From NCBI GenBank assembly GCA_007116105.1, contig SKJA01000163.1:1-27477 (forward strand): 27,477 nt of DNA. The letters are read 5' to 3'. The translations under genes and the position numbers were made by a program. A model generated the notes under the pieces. The model did not search any database. It was given only the letters and a program-made list of their open reading frames with translations, and was not told the origin of the DNA. Below, in pieces: positions 12,356 to 21,161 of the stretch; position 1 is the stretch's first letter, and every line of letters begins with the position of its first letter. Source of the DNA: Candidatus Izemoplasma sp. Lineage in GTDB: Bacteria; Bacillota_I; Bacilli_A; Izemoplasmatales; Izemoplasmataceae.

Positions 12356-14244
12356 TGCAAATTCATCAAAAACTAGATAAAGTAGACAAGTCTTCCTTTG
12401 AGTTCGTCCAACGGGATCATAAAATCTATGATAAAAAGTTTGAAACGAAACCCATTGGGTATTTTAAAGATGCGATGATTCGTTTTACAAAAAACAAAAC
12501 AAACGTTATCGCTAGTATCATTCTCTTTACTTTGATTATGCTTTCGATTTTTATCCCAATCTTTACAAGTCGTAACTATACAACATTAGAGCCAAGACTT
12601 ACCTTGTTACCACCACGCATTCCAATCGTTGAGCGTTTTGGTATCTTTGACGGCACACGCATCATTCCAGGTCAAGAAGTCGACATTTCTACCATTGATC
12701 CTGAAACAGGCATTGGTCTTCCATTTAACACGAACTTTCCACATGAGTTCATCATTCCTGGAAGTGTCACCAATGAAAGTGTTCCATGTACCAGTACACA
12801 AGAATCTTGTTTGGGCGGGACAGTACGGATCACATTGCGTGAACAGTCTTTAACGACCTCTTACCGGACGCCAACGCTCCTTAACTTTACGCTTTCACAG
12901 GCAACTCCTCACATTTTAACCATTGATTTAAACGATATTTCTGAAACTGCAACCTTAAATGTTTTAATGCGTCGTGATTTCGTGTCTGATTATGAAGTCA
13001 TTGCAAGCATAACTGAAGCGGATGTTCACACGTTTAACTTGGTAGACCTTTTAGGTGAAAGCACCTTCTTATCCACCGAAATGAGACTCCAAGTGGTGTC
13101 AACTGAAATTGCAGGCTTTGTTGAGTTTAACAGCATTGACATTCGTCAACAAGGCGCAGAAGACCCACAACATCGTTTTGAAGGCCGTAACTTAGCACTC
13201 TTTCCACTGGTCTCAGGCGCGGGTGCCTCACGCATCACGCGAAGTGACGGTCAACTTCTTTTATCGACGTTCCGCTTCGACCCTTACGCGCGTGCGTTAG
13301 GTCCTTGGCGTCGTCCTACCTTCTCGGCTGAAGAGTTTTATGCCTTAATGGAAGCGAACGAAGCGACTTGTGGCATCGTTCCAACCAATCCAGTGGGCCA
13401 TAACTTTCCAGAAGGTTGCCCCGTCTTAGAAGTACGTGGGCGCACTGAGAGTGTTATCGTTGGTGGCATTGAGCGATACTCTTATGATTTAACCCTTGAT
13501 TTTGCGACCTTTAGAGGATTTGACACAACTCCGTTTTTCTTCTTTGGCACTACGAATGGTGGACGTGATTTATTTGCGTTAACTTGGGTCGCCTTAAGAA
13601 CCAGTTTATTGATTGGTGTTGTGGCTTCAGCCATTAACATTTCGATCGGCGTCGTTTATGGAGCCATCTCGGGGTACTATGGCGGTAAAGTTGACATCTT
13701 AATGGAACGTTTCAGTGAGATCATTGCACGGATTCCATTCCTTGTTGTCTTAGCCATCATGGTGGCCTATTTTGGACCAGGCATTACAACACTCATTGTC
13801 GTCTTGATTGTGTCGGGATGGATTGGGGTGGCCAGTGTCACCCGGACTCAGTTCTATCGCTTTAAAGGACGTGAGTATGTCTTAGCTTCAAGAACACTTG
13901 GTGCAAAAGACTCACGACTCATTTTCCGTCACATTTTACCCAACGGCATCGGAACCATCATCACCGCAAGTGTCTTGATGATTCCCCTTGTCATCTTCAC
14001 AGAATCAACCTTGTCATTCCTAGGCTTCGGTATTGGCCATGGGCAATCGTTTAGCATTGGTCCCTTTGAGTTCTCCGGCGTTTCCATTGGTGTTTTATTG
14101 GCGGATGGACGTGAAGAGATGTTAAACAACCCACATTTAACGTATTTCCCTGCGATTATTATTTCTATTTTGATGATCACATTCAACATGTTCGGTAACG
14201 CCTTACGCGATGCCTTCAATCCATCCTTAAGGGGGTCTGAATAA
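12355..14244 (+). CDS. oppC: Oligopeptide-type ABC permease OppC with a ~300-aa extracytoplasmic insertion
   Basis: KDAMIRFTKNK N-terminal helix; FGTTNGGRDLF; GAISGYYGGKVD..MER; REYVLASRTLGA...IFRHILPN; ESTLSFLGFG; NMFGNALRDAFNP; TAATG overlap with oppB. Confidence 0.93.
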   Translation: MQIHQKLDKVDKSSFEFVQRDHKIYDKKFETKPIGYFKDAMIRFTKNKTNVIASIILFTLIMLSIFIPIFTSRNYTTLEPRLTLLPPRIPIVERFGIFDGTRIIPGQEVDISTIDPETGIGLPFNTNFPHEFIIPGSVTNESVPCTSTQESCLGGTVRITLREQSLTTSYRTPTLLNFTLSQATPHILTIDLNDISETATLNVLMRRDFVSDYEVIASITEADVHTFNLVDLLGESTFLSTEMRLQVVSTEIAGFVEFNSIDIRQQGAEDPQHRFEGRNLALFPLVSGAGASRITRSDGQLLLSTFRFDPYARALGPWRRPTFSAEEFYALMEANEATCGIVPTNPVGHNFPEGCPVLEVRGRTESVIVGGIERYSYDLTLDFATFRGFDTTPFFFFGTTNGGRDLFALTWVALRTSLLIGVVASAINISIGVVYGAISGYYGGKVDILMERFSEIIARIPFLVVLAIMVAYFGPGITTLIVVLIVSGWIGVASVTRTQFYRFKGREYVLASRTLGAKDSRLIFRHILPNGIGTIITASVLMIPLVIFTESTLSFLGFGIGHGQSFSIGPFEFSGVSIGVLLADGREEMLNNPHLTYFPAIIISILMITFNMFGNALRDAFNPSLRGSE

Positions 14245-15719
14245 TGGCTGATAAAAACATTAAGTTATCGGTACAAAACTTGTCAGTATCGTTTCGGACA
14301 ACTCAAGGGTTTGTACGGGCTGTACGCGATGTAAGTTTTGACTTATATCAAGGTGAAACGCTTGCCGTGGTGGGTGAATCTGGTAGTGGGAAATCCGTAA
14401 CTTCAAGAGCCATCATGGGAATTTTAGAGAAAAACTCCGTGACGGACTCAGGAAAAATTATTTATGAAGATCAAGACATTTTAAAAATTCGTGAAGAAGA
14501 TTTCCATAAGTTACGTGGGAACAAAATAGGCATGATCTTCCAAGATCCCCTTTCAAGCTTAAACCCAATCATGCGCATTGGTAAGCAAATCACCGAAGGC
14601 ATGATCGTCAACGGTAAACATTTGAAGAACCGTAAAAAAGAACTTTCTCATGCTCAACGTCAAACCTACTTAAACCTCATTGACAATAAAGCCAAAGACG
14701 TTGCAGATTTTAAAGCAAAGAAAAAAGAACTGAAAGCATTAAAAGAAACGGAAGAACTTGCGTTACTTCAAAGTAAACACTCAGAAAAACTGGCACAATA
14801 TGCGCCCGCAATAAAAGAAGCTAGGGCGGCTTATAAAGCAGCAAAATCGAACGCTAAAAAACAAGTTGCTAAAGAATGGGCTGAAGAAAAAGCAAAATAT
14901 GCCCAAAAGATTTCAGCTGTTAAAGCCAACATGTCTTCCGCTTCACCCGATCAAAAGAAAGAACTCAAACATCAAGTTGAGGAACTTCAAGAGCAACTTC
15001 GTCGGTATAAAAAAGTCACTCAACGCGAAGCACGTGAACGCGCCGTTGAAGTTATGGCGGAGGTTGGTATTCCCGAGCCTGAAAAACGTTTACGTCAATA
15101 TCCCTTCCAGTTTTCTGGGGGCATGCGTCAACGTATCGTTATTGCCATTGCGCTGACCGCAAACCCAGACTTACTGATTTGTGATGAGCCAACAACGGCT
15201 TTAGACGTAACCATTCAAGCACAAATTCTCGAGTTGATTAAACGCTTAAAAGAAGAACGTGACTTAACCGTTATCTTCATCACCCATGACCTTGGTGTTG
15301 TGGCCAACATGGCAGATCGCGTTGCGGTCATGTATGCTGGTAAAGTGGTTGAAATTGGACGTTCAGAAGAAGTTTTCTACAATCCAAAACATCCTTACAC
15401 CTGGGCTCTCCTTTCTTCGATGCCAGACCTTTCAAGTACCTCACGTCTATCTTCGATTCCAGGAACCCCACCCAACATGTTGTTCCCACCCAAAGGCGAT
15501 GCCTTTGCGGATCGTAACCAATATGCGATGAAAATAGATTTTGAAGAGCAACCACCGTACTTTAAAGTCAGTGACACACATTATGCGGCCACGTGGTTAC
15601 TCCATGAAAATGCACCGAAAGTGACCATGCCTCAAATCATTCAAGACCGTATTGATGCCATGAAAGAACGCACCAAAGCCCGAATTGATCAACAAGATAC
15701 TGAAAGTGGGGTGACGTAA
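14244..15719 (+). CDS. oppD: Oligopeptide ABC ATPase OppD with a ~130-aa Lys-rich helical insertion
   Basis: GESGSGKS, IFQDPLSSLNP, YPFQFSGGMRQR, DEPTTALDV, ITHDLGVV, NPKHPYT, PKGDAFA.R; TAATG overlap. Confidence 0.95.
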   Translation: MADKNIKLSVQNLSVSFRTTQGFVRAVRDVSFDLYQGETLAVVGESGSGKSVTSRAIMGILEKNSVTDSGKIIYEDQDILKIREEDFHKLRGNKIGMIFQDPLSSLNPIMRIGKQITEGMIVNGKHLKNRKKELSHAQRQTYLNLIDNKAKDVADFKAKKKELKALKETEELALLQSKHSEKLAQYAPAIKEARAAYKAAKSNAKKQVAKEWAEEKAKYAQKISAVKANMSSASPDQKKELKHQVEELQEQLRRYKKVTQREARERAVEVMAEVGIPEPEKRLRQYPFQFSGGMRQRIVIAIALTANPDLLICDEPTTALDVTIQAQILELIKRLKEERDLTVIFITHDLGVVANMADRVAVMYAGKVVEIGRSEEVFYNPKHPYTWALLSSMPDLSSTSRLSSIPGTPPNMLFPPKGDAFADRNQYAMKIDFEEQPPYFKVSDTHYAATWLLHENAPKVTMPQIIQDRIDAMKERTKARIDQQDTESGVT

Positions 15720-15720
15720 A

Positions 15721-16860
15721 ATGGCAGCAACACAAGAAACTCCGATTTTAAGTGTTCGCAATTTACGTCAACACTTCAAAAGCGGATTTGGTAAGAACAA
15801 AATGGTAGTACGCGCTGTGGACGATGTCAGTTTTGACATTTACAAAGGCGAAGTCTTTGGTCTAGTAGGTGAGTCGGGTTGTGGTAAAACCACCACAGGC
15901 CGTTCAGTTATTAAACTGTATGAACCCACCGATGGTGAAGTCTATTTCATGGGCGAGCGCATCTCGGCTGGCGTTCAATCGATTAAAGACCAAATTAAAC
16001 TTGAACGCAAACAAGCAGCTGCAAAAATCAAAGAACTCTCACAACAAAAAAGTGCCGCAAGTGACTCTGAGAAGAGTGTCATTGATGAAAAGATTCAAGC
16101 AATTGAATTAGAGCGGGATGCCATCATCAAAGATTTAAAAATGGACATTCCTAAACGTAAAGCGGACACAACCAAAAACAACAAAGAACTCATGAAGCGC
16201 ATGCAAATGATTTTCCAAGATCCGATTGCGTCTTTGAACCCTCGGATGACAGTAAAAGAAATCATCGCAGAAGGCTTACGAATCGCCGGTGAAAAGAGTG
16301 ACAAGGTCATCATTGAACGTGTGAACTCTGTTCTTGAAACGGTTGGTTTATTGCCTGAGCACGCCAGTCGTTACCCACATGAGTTTAGTGGTGGACAACG
16401 TCAACGTATCGGAATTGCCCGTGCGCTTGTCGTAAACCCTGAGTTTATCATTGCCGATGAGCCCATCAGTGCGCTCGACGTTTCCATTCAAGCGCAAGTC
16501 ATTAACTTACTCAACGATTTACGTCAAGAGTTTGGTATTACGATTATGTTCATTGCGCATGACTTATCGGTTGTTAAGTACTTCTCAGACCGTATTGGTG
16601 TTATGTATTATGGCAAACTGGTCGAGTTGGCAGATAAAGACGAGCTCTTTAAAAACCCACTGCATCCTTATACGAAGTCCTTACTTTCAGCGGTACCTTT
16701 ACCAGATCCGCAGTATGAAAAAGGCCGTAAACGGATTAAGTACGACCCATCGATTCATGATTATTCACAACATTTACCAGAACTTCATGAAATTAAGCCC
16801 GGACACTTCATTTACGCAAACGACGCCGAAGTAGAGCAGTATAAGAAAGAAATAAAATAA
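15721..16860 (+). CDS. oppF: Oligopeptide ABC ATPase OppF with a ~70-aa helical insertion
   Basis: [66 protein letters not shown]. Confidence 0.95.
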   Translation: MAATQETPILSVRNLRQHFKSGFGKNKMVVRAVDDVSFDIYKGEVFGLVGESGCGKTTTGRSVIKLYEPTDGEVYFMGERISAGVQSIKDQIKLERKQAAAKIKELSQQKSAASDSEKSVIDEKIQAIELERDAIIKDLKMDIPKRKADTTKNNKELMKRMQMIFQDPIASLNPRMTVKEIIAEGLRIAGEKSDKVIIERVNSVLETVGLLPEHASRYPHEFSGGQRQRIGIARALVVNPEFIIADEPISALDVSIQAQVINLLNDLRQEFGITIMFIAHDLSVVKYFSDRIGVMYYGKLVELADKDELFKNPLHPYTKSLLSAVPLPDPQYEKGRKRIKYDPSIHDYSQHLPELHEIKPGHFIYANDAEVEQYKKEIK

Positions 16861-17210
16861 TGCGTTTAGGACGTCGTCTCTTAACCACTGTGTTGATTAG
16901 TTTTTCACTGGTCATCGTAGTGATTGTAATCATGGGCCGAAACTTTACACTCAGAGGCTTCTCAGATGGACTCTTTGTGGTGGGCTTGGCAATGTTCTTC
17001 TTTGCCCTCATCACGCTCACACATGCCGCCGATTTCTTTTCGACCACGAGCTTTGTGTTTAAGAGTATCTTTCGCCGCGGCACCAACCCAGTTGGCTCTT
17101 ACCATCAATATTTAGAGCGACGTAATGTCAACTACGATTCTGTCGCTGGTCTCATTCGTTTGAGCGTCAGCCTTGTTTACATTCTTATAGCATGGTTATT
17201 AGTCACTTAA
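16860..17210 (+). CDS. Small membrane protein, probable DUF3899 family, last gene of the opp operon
   Basis: 116 aa, 3 hydrophobic segments, FSDGLF..G..G/A.F..F pattern, TAATG-coupled to oppF. DUF3899 genes are commonly seen next to Firmicutes opp operons. Confidence 0.65.
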   Translation: MRLGRRLLTTVLISFSLVIVVIVIMGRNFTLRGFSDGLFVVGLAMFFFALITLTHAADFFSTTSFVFKSIFRRGTNPVGSYHQYLERRNVNYDSVAGLIRLSVSLVYILIAWLLVT

Positions 17211-17236
17211 AGAGTCTCTTCGGAGACTCTTTTTTT
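17209..17236 (+). terminator. Intrinsic terminator of the opp operon
   Basis: AAAGAGTCTC-TTCG-GAGACTCTTT plus T run (cUUCGg tetraloop). Confidence 0.92.
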
Positions 17237-17246
17237 GTCTTTACAT

Positions 17247-17276
17247 AAAAAAAAGTAGACAAATCGTCTACTTTTT
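17247..17276 (-). terminator. Intrinsic terminator of the DUF2177-DUF1295 operon
   Basis: On the minus strand AAAAAGTAGAC-gattt-GTCTACTTTTT then more T; overlaps the TAG stop. Confidence 0.8.
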
Positions 17277-18068
17277 GGCTCTTTTAAACCATGGGAAGAA
17301 AGCATTGGTTGTTTTCTTATACGCTTCAAACGCTTCATTTCCAGCGTATCGTTTTTCAAGAAGCGGAATGCCAGAAACATAAAGCAACAACCAAGTGATG
17401 ATCAATGGACTTAACACGCCAATCAAACCAATGAGAGGTGAAATACTTAAAATCACCAACCACAGTCCCCACCATACCGCGACTTCACCGAAATAGTTGG
17501 GATGACGAGTGTAGGCCCAAACGCCATGTGTCAACACTTTCCCTTTATTTTGAGGATCTGCTTTAAAGCGTTGGAGTTGATAATCCCCGAGCGTTTCAAA
17601 CACCCATCCAATCAAGAAGATTAAGGCGCCACTGGCGAAAAACACCGCTCTTAACACAGAAAACCCCGTGCTAGGGAAACTAAAGGCAAGAATGAAGCCC
17701 GTCGCGATCAAAAGTTGAAAGAAGCCTTGGGTCATATAAACTTTGAGATAGGCTTTCAATTTTTGAAGCTTTGGTCCCCATTTTTCACGCATCGCAACAT
17801 AACGATAATCTTCACTTTTCGACCAGTTTCGCTTGCCTAAATACAACGTTAAACGCAAACCCCATAAGGCCACAAAACCCCATAGAGCATACTCTGTCCA
17901 GGCTAATGATTCGCCTCTGGTTAACCTCAACACATTCAACACCGTCGCCAAGACGACAAACGAAGACCCCCAAAAAATATCAACCACTGAGTAATCATCG
18001 CGAAGAAGAGCCAACCCATAGATTAGGGTAAAAAAGACCCAGGCTGTTAAGATGCTTTCAAGAAACAT
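17268..18068 (-). CDS. DUF1295 family membrane protein (steroid 5-alpha-reductase/ICMT-like superfamily)
   Basis: DYSVVDIFWG, WGLRLTLYL..R....EDYRY, GDYQLQRFK, GVWAYTRHPNYFGE..VWWG, SGIPLLEK. Start at ATG 18068, TAATG-coupled to DUF2177. Confidence 0.9.
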   Translation of the reverse strand: MFLESILTAWVFFTLIYGLALLRDDYSVVDIFWGSSFVVLATVLNVLRLTRGESLAWTEYALWGFVALWGLRLTLYLGKRNWSKSEDYRYVAMREKWGPKLQKLKAYLKVYMTQGFFQLLIATGFILAFSFPSTGFSVLRAVFFASGALIFLIGWVFETLGDYQLQRFKADPQNKGKVLTHGVWAYTRHPNYFGEVAVWWGLWLVILSISPLIGLIGVLSPLIITWLLLYVSGIPLLEKRYAGNEAFEAYKKTTNAFFPWFKRAKK

Positions 18069-18472
18069 TAAGAAACCCCCAACAGAAGCAGAATCCATAC
18101 GGTGAGTCCGCTAGTGAGTGCCCCTAAGGAAGCACCCCAAACTAAATCAATCAGCGTCATTTTTAAGGGCCAGTCTTTCAGGGTGGCCAAGTTCGTCAAA
18201 TCATAGGTGGCATACATAAGAAAACTCACAAAGCCCCCCATTAAAAACGCGGTGAGCACGGACTGCGCATCCATTGCAGGTGCAATGACAATGACGACCA
18301 ATCCAAGGACATACAGTAAGTAAAAAATGATGGCTGCGGTCCAATTGACTTTTTCCGCCATCAAGCCTTTAAGCTGTGCCGCGTAAAAATTCTTTGCGAC
18401 CACGCCTAACCACACCAAATCAATCACAATAAAGAAACTAAACGCTACTAAATACATCCAAACATAAGACAT
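18068..18472 (-). CDS. DUF2177 family membrane protein
   Basis: IDLVWLGVVAKNFY..QL, AAIIFYLLY..GL, YATYDLTNLATLKDWP...LIDLVWG; SD GAGAGGTGA. Confidence 0.9.
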   Translation of the reverse strand: MSYVWMYLVAFSFFIVIDLVWLGVVAKNFYAAQLKGLMAEKVNWTAAIIFYLLYVLGLVVIVIAPAMDAQSVLTAFLMGGFVSFLMYATYDLTNLATLKDWPLKMTLIDLVWGASLGALTSGLTVWILLLLGVS

Positions 18473-18493
18473 ACAATCACCTCTCTTAAGCCT

Positions 18494-18502
18494 ATTTTAG
18501 CA
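18494..18502 (-). promoter_or_regulatory. Extended -10 for DUF2177-DUF1295
   Basis: TGCTAAAAT on the minus strand, ~22 nt upstream of the ATG. Confidence 0.5.
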
Positions 18503-18569
18503 CGAATCAAGAACTTCCGTGAAAGTTCGCTTAGTTTTATCGCAAAGACTACCAATAGCGCCACACTTT

Positions 18570-18578
18570 TGATATAAT
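18570..18578 (+). promoter_or_regulatory. Extended -10 for DUF1576
   Basis: TGATATAAT followed by AGGAGG SD and ATG 18603. Confidence 0.6.
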
Positions 18579-18602
18579 ACGCTTAAGTCTAGGAGGCTGT
18601 TT

Positions 18603-19859
18603 ATGGCTCTTATCAAACATTTATCGAACCGCATGTTCATCCCTATAGTGAGTCTAATTCTCATTGCTTTGGCGTTTGTCTTTGATGATTGGTCCTCCAT
18701 TTGGCGAGGCTATTTGAACATTCTTCAAAGCCCGAGTGTTCTCGTGTCAGATTATGTGTACATCGGCGGCTTAGGTGCAACACTGTTTAATGTTGCGACC
18801 GTGATGATTTTCAACATCGTCATGTTACGGTCACTTAAGTTTAAGATGAGTGGACCTGTCTTTGCAGGCATTCTCACCATTGCCGGGTTCTCTTTTTTTG
18901 GCAAGAACATTTACAACTCTTTGCCCATTTATATGGGTATTTGGTTGTTTGCGAAAACGCAAAAGCTTCAATTTCGATCGTTTATGATTGTGGTTCTCTT
19001 TTCAACGGGGATCTCACCGATTGTGTCGTTTTTCATTTTTGGTACCGGCTGGCCCCTTTATGTCTCCATCCCAGCAGGCATCGCAGCGGGCATGGCAACA
19101 GGGTTTATTTTACCCGCGTTTAGTGCGCACACCATTCGCTTTCATAAAGGGTACAATTTGTATAATGTTGGCTTTGCGATGGGCATCATCTCGATGTTAT
19201 GGGCCGTAATTTTAACCAGTTTTGATGTCCCCCTAAATCTCGGTGGACCTACCAGTGAAGTTGCTCATGTCCAATTGACCGCCATTGCCTTGATTCTTTC
19301 TACCTTTTTCCTTGTCATGGCTTTCTTTGTCGATCGCAACCCTTTCAAGAGATACCCCGAATTACTGAGGAGTTCAGGACGCTTAGTCTCAGATTTTATT
19401 CGCGAGTATGGCCAAGCCGCGAGTTTATTGAATGTTGCGATTATGGGTTACATCAGTGTCTCGCTCATTTTGGTCTTAAATCTACAAATGAATGGTCCTG
19501 TGATGAGTGGGGTGTTGACCGTGATGGGCTTTGGTGCCTTCGGTAAACACCCACGCAATGCGATTCCTGTGATGTTTGGCGCCTGGTTGGCGGTAGCATT
19601 AACCAATTACACCTTAGACAGTGTCGGCATGGTGATCGCCTTACTGTTTGTGACGGCGGTCTCACCCATCGCTGGACGGTATGGACCTTTTGTTGGCATC
19701 ATCGCCGGCATGATGCACATCTTGATTACACCGTATGCGCTTCGCTTTCAAGGCGGTTTCGATTTGTATAATAATGGCTTTGCGGCAGGCTTTGCGGCGG
19801 CGTTACTGATTCCTATTGTAGAAACCATTAAACGCATTAAACCGGAGGAAAGTGAATGA
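18603..19859 (+). CDS. DUF1576 family polytopic membrane protein
   Basis: Two-fold internal repeat: SDYVYIGGLGATLFN / GPVFAGILTIAGFSFFGKN / HKGYNLYNVGFAMG versus GPVMSGVLTVMGFGAFGKHPRN / GGFDLYNNGFAAG. Confidence 0.85.
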   Translation: MALIKHLSNRMFIPIVSLILIALAFVFDDWSSIWRGYLNILQSPSVLVSDYVYIGGLGATLFNVATVMIFNIVMLRSLKFKMSGPVFAGILTIAGFSFFGKNIYNSLPIYMGIWLFAKTQKLQFRSFMIVVLFSTGISPIVSFFIFGTGWPLYVSIPAGIAAGMATGFILPAFSAHTIRFHKGYNLYNVGFAMGIISMLWAVILTSFDVPLNLGGPTSEVAHVQLTAIALILSTFFLVMAFFVDRNPFKRYPELLRSSGRLVSDFIREYGQAASLLNVAIMGYISVSLILVLNLQMNGPVMSGVLTVMGFGAFGKHPRNAIPVMFGAWLAVALTNYTLDSVGMVIALLFVTAVSPIAGRYGPFVGIIAGMMHILITPYALRFQGGFDLYNNGFAAGFAAALLIPIVETIKRIKPEESE

Positions 19860-20212
19860 ATAAGCAAGAAGTCAAAATCCTCACCAAAATCATTCGGGAA
19901 CTCAGTTTTTTCTTAATGCTTCATGGTCATAAAGATTTTATTCTAGAAACCAAAAACACCCCCAAAACCACACAGTTTTTGATCACCCTACACGATGCCA
20001 AAGAGAGTTTTTTAAAACACATGCAAGAAAAACTCAACCGGGAGCGTGAAATGGAAGTAGAAACGTATGGCTGGGAGTTGTTGGGGGACATTGATGAACA
20101 CAGTGATTTTGCGATTTTAGGCTCTTTGATTGACTCCATGGACTACACACAGCACGCCACGAAAACCGTCGTGACATTGGTCCGCAAAAATCGCTATTTA
20201 GACGAATCATAA
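19856..20212 (+). CDS. Small soluble hypothetical protein, coupled partner of DUF1576
   Basis: ATGA overlap with DUF1576; KIIRELSFFLM..G and REMEVETYGWELLGD resemble the small ORFs I recall downstream of DUF1576 genes. Confidence 0.8.
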   Translation: MNKQEVKILTKIIRELSFFLMLHGHKDFILETKNTPKTTQFLITLHDAKESFLKHMQEKLNREREMEVETYGWELLGDIDEHSDFAILGSLIDSMDYTQHATKTVVTLVRKNRYLDES

Positions 20213-20214
20213 AA

Positions 20215-20240
20215 AAATGTCTGTCGGAAGGCAGACATTT
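20215..20240. terminator. Bidirectional terminator between convergent genes
   Basis: AAATGTCTGTC-GGAA-GGCAGACATTT (11 pairs), A-rich on the left and T-rich on the right. Confidence 0.85.
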
Positions 20241-21141
20241 ATTTTATCAGTGCTTTAGCTTTGAGTGTGTTTTTGAAATGAATCTTTGCTATTGTTTTGA
20301 GTCGTCTTTCACCTAACTGTTTAATCAGCTTTGATGCGACTTCATCGACTTCATTCCCAGCGCCTTTAGGCAGTGGTGTGGCTAAGTCCTTACTGAGTTC
20401 ATCAAGTTTTTTCAAGAATGCATACCGAGCAATCATACTCGCGATGGCAACACAAGCATAAGCATTTTCTGCTTTTGTTTGGAAAATGTGAGGTCTTGGC
20501 GCGTCTTTAAACTGCTTAAGATAACTGTGATAATGCGTGGGTGAAGCAAATTGATCGACAATGATGATGGGTTCATCTTGGATTTTCTTCATCAGCATTT
20601 TATGTGCTTGAGCGTGAAGATACGCTTTGAGGCTGTTTAAATTGTATCCCTTATCAATTAAGGCGTTATACTTCAGGTTGTCTAGAACCATCAGACTGTA
20701 AGGGACGTGAGGTGTGATCAAGGGCACGATTTGTCTTATTTGGGCATCGCTTAAGGTTTTTGAATCCGCAATGTTGAGGGCTTTAATGCGGGTCAAATTC
20801 TCTTCGTTCAAGTAAGCTGCGCACACCGTAAGCGGACCGAAGTAATCCCCAGAGCCTGATTCATCACTGCCCATGGCAATTTTGTAAAAGTCATCAGGTT
20901 TTCCGGTTTTTGAAGGGAGTATTTCGGGCAATAAATGGAACGTCTCTAGCCAATGTTCATAGTGGTTTTGAGATTGTTCGCCTTGAAACATGACTTTATT
21001 GGTATGATAGACACTGATGGTGCAATGCGTCGTTTTAAAAAAAGCCTTCATATGTGGGGGAATCACATCGACTTTAGAGGCTTCGTAATAGCGTATGAGT
21101 GTTTTGACTTGGTTATCGTTTAATGTCACCGTGAAATTCAT
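20239..21141 (-). CDS. rnhC: Ribonuclease HIII
   Basis: N-terminal TBP-like domain (TISVYHTNKVMFQG); GSDESGSGDYFGPL, DSK, IIVDQF, KAE...CVAIASMIAR, LPKGAG, KIHFKNT. Confidence 0.95.
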   Translation of the reverse strand: MNFTVTLNDNQVKTLIRYYEASKVDVIPPHMKAFFKTTHCTISVYHTNKVMFQGEQSQNHYEHWLETFHLLPEILPSKTGKPDDFYKIAMGSDESGSGDYFGPLTVCAAYLNEENLTRIKALNIADSKTLSDAQIRQIVPLITPHVPYSLMVLDNLKYNALIDKGYNLNSLKAYLHAQAHKMLMKKIQDEPIIIVDQFASPTHYHSYLKQFKDAPRPHIFQTKAENAYACVAIASMIARYAFLKKLDELSKDLATPLPKGAGNEVDEVASKLIKQLGERRLKTIAKIHFKNTLKAKALIK

Positions 21142-21161
21142 GATTCCACATCCTTTTCTTT

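Noticed and set aside
15480-15610. Loss of Fe-S cysteines in the OppD C-terminal domain as a novelty
   Set aside because: PKGDAFA.R is the ordinary Cys-less Firmicutes variant.
18511-18528. LexA (Cheo) box
   Set aside because: GAAC and GTTC are 10 bp apart instead of 4.
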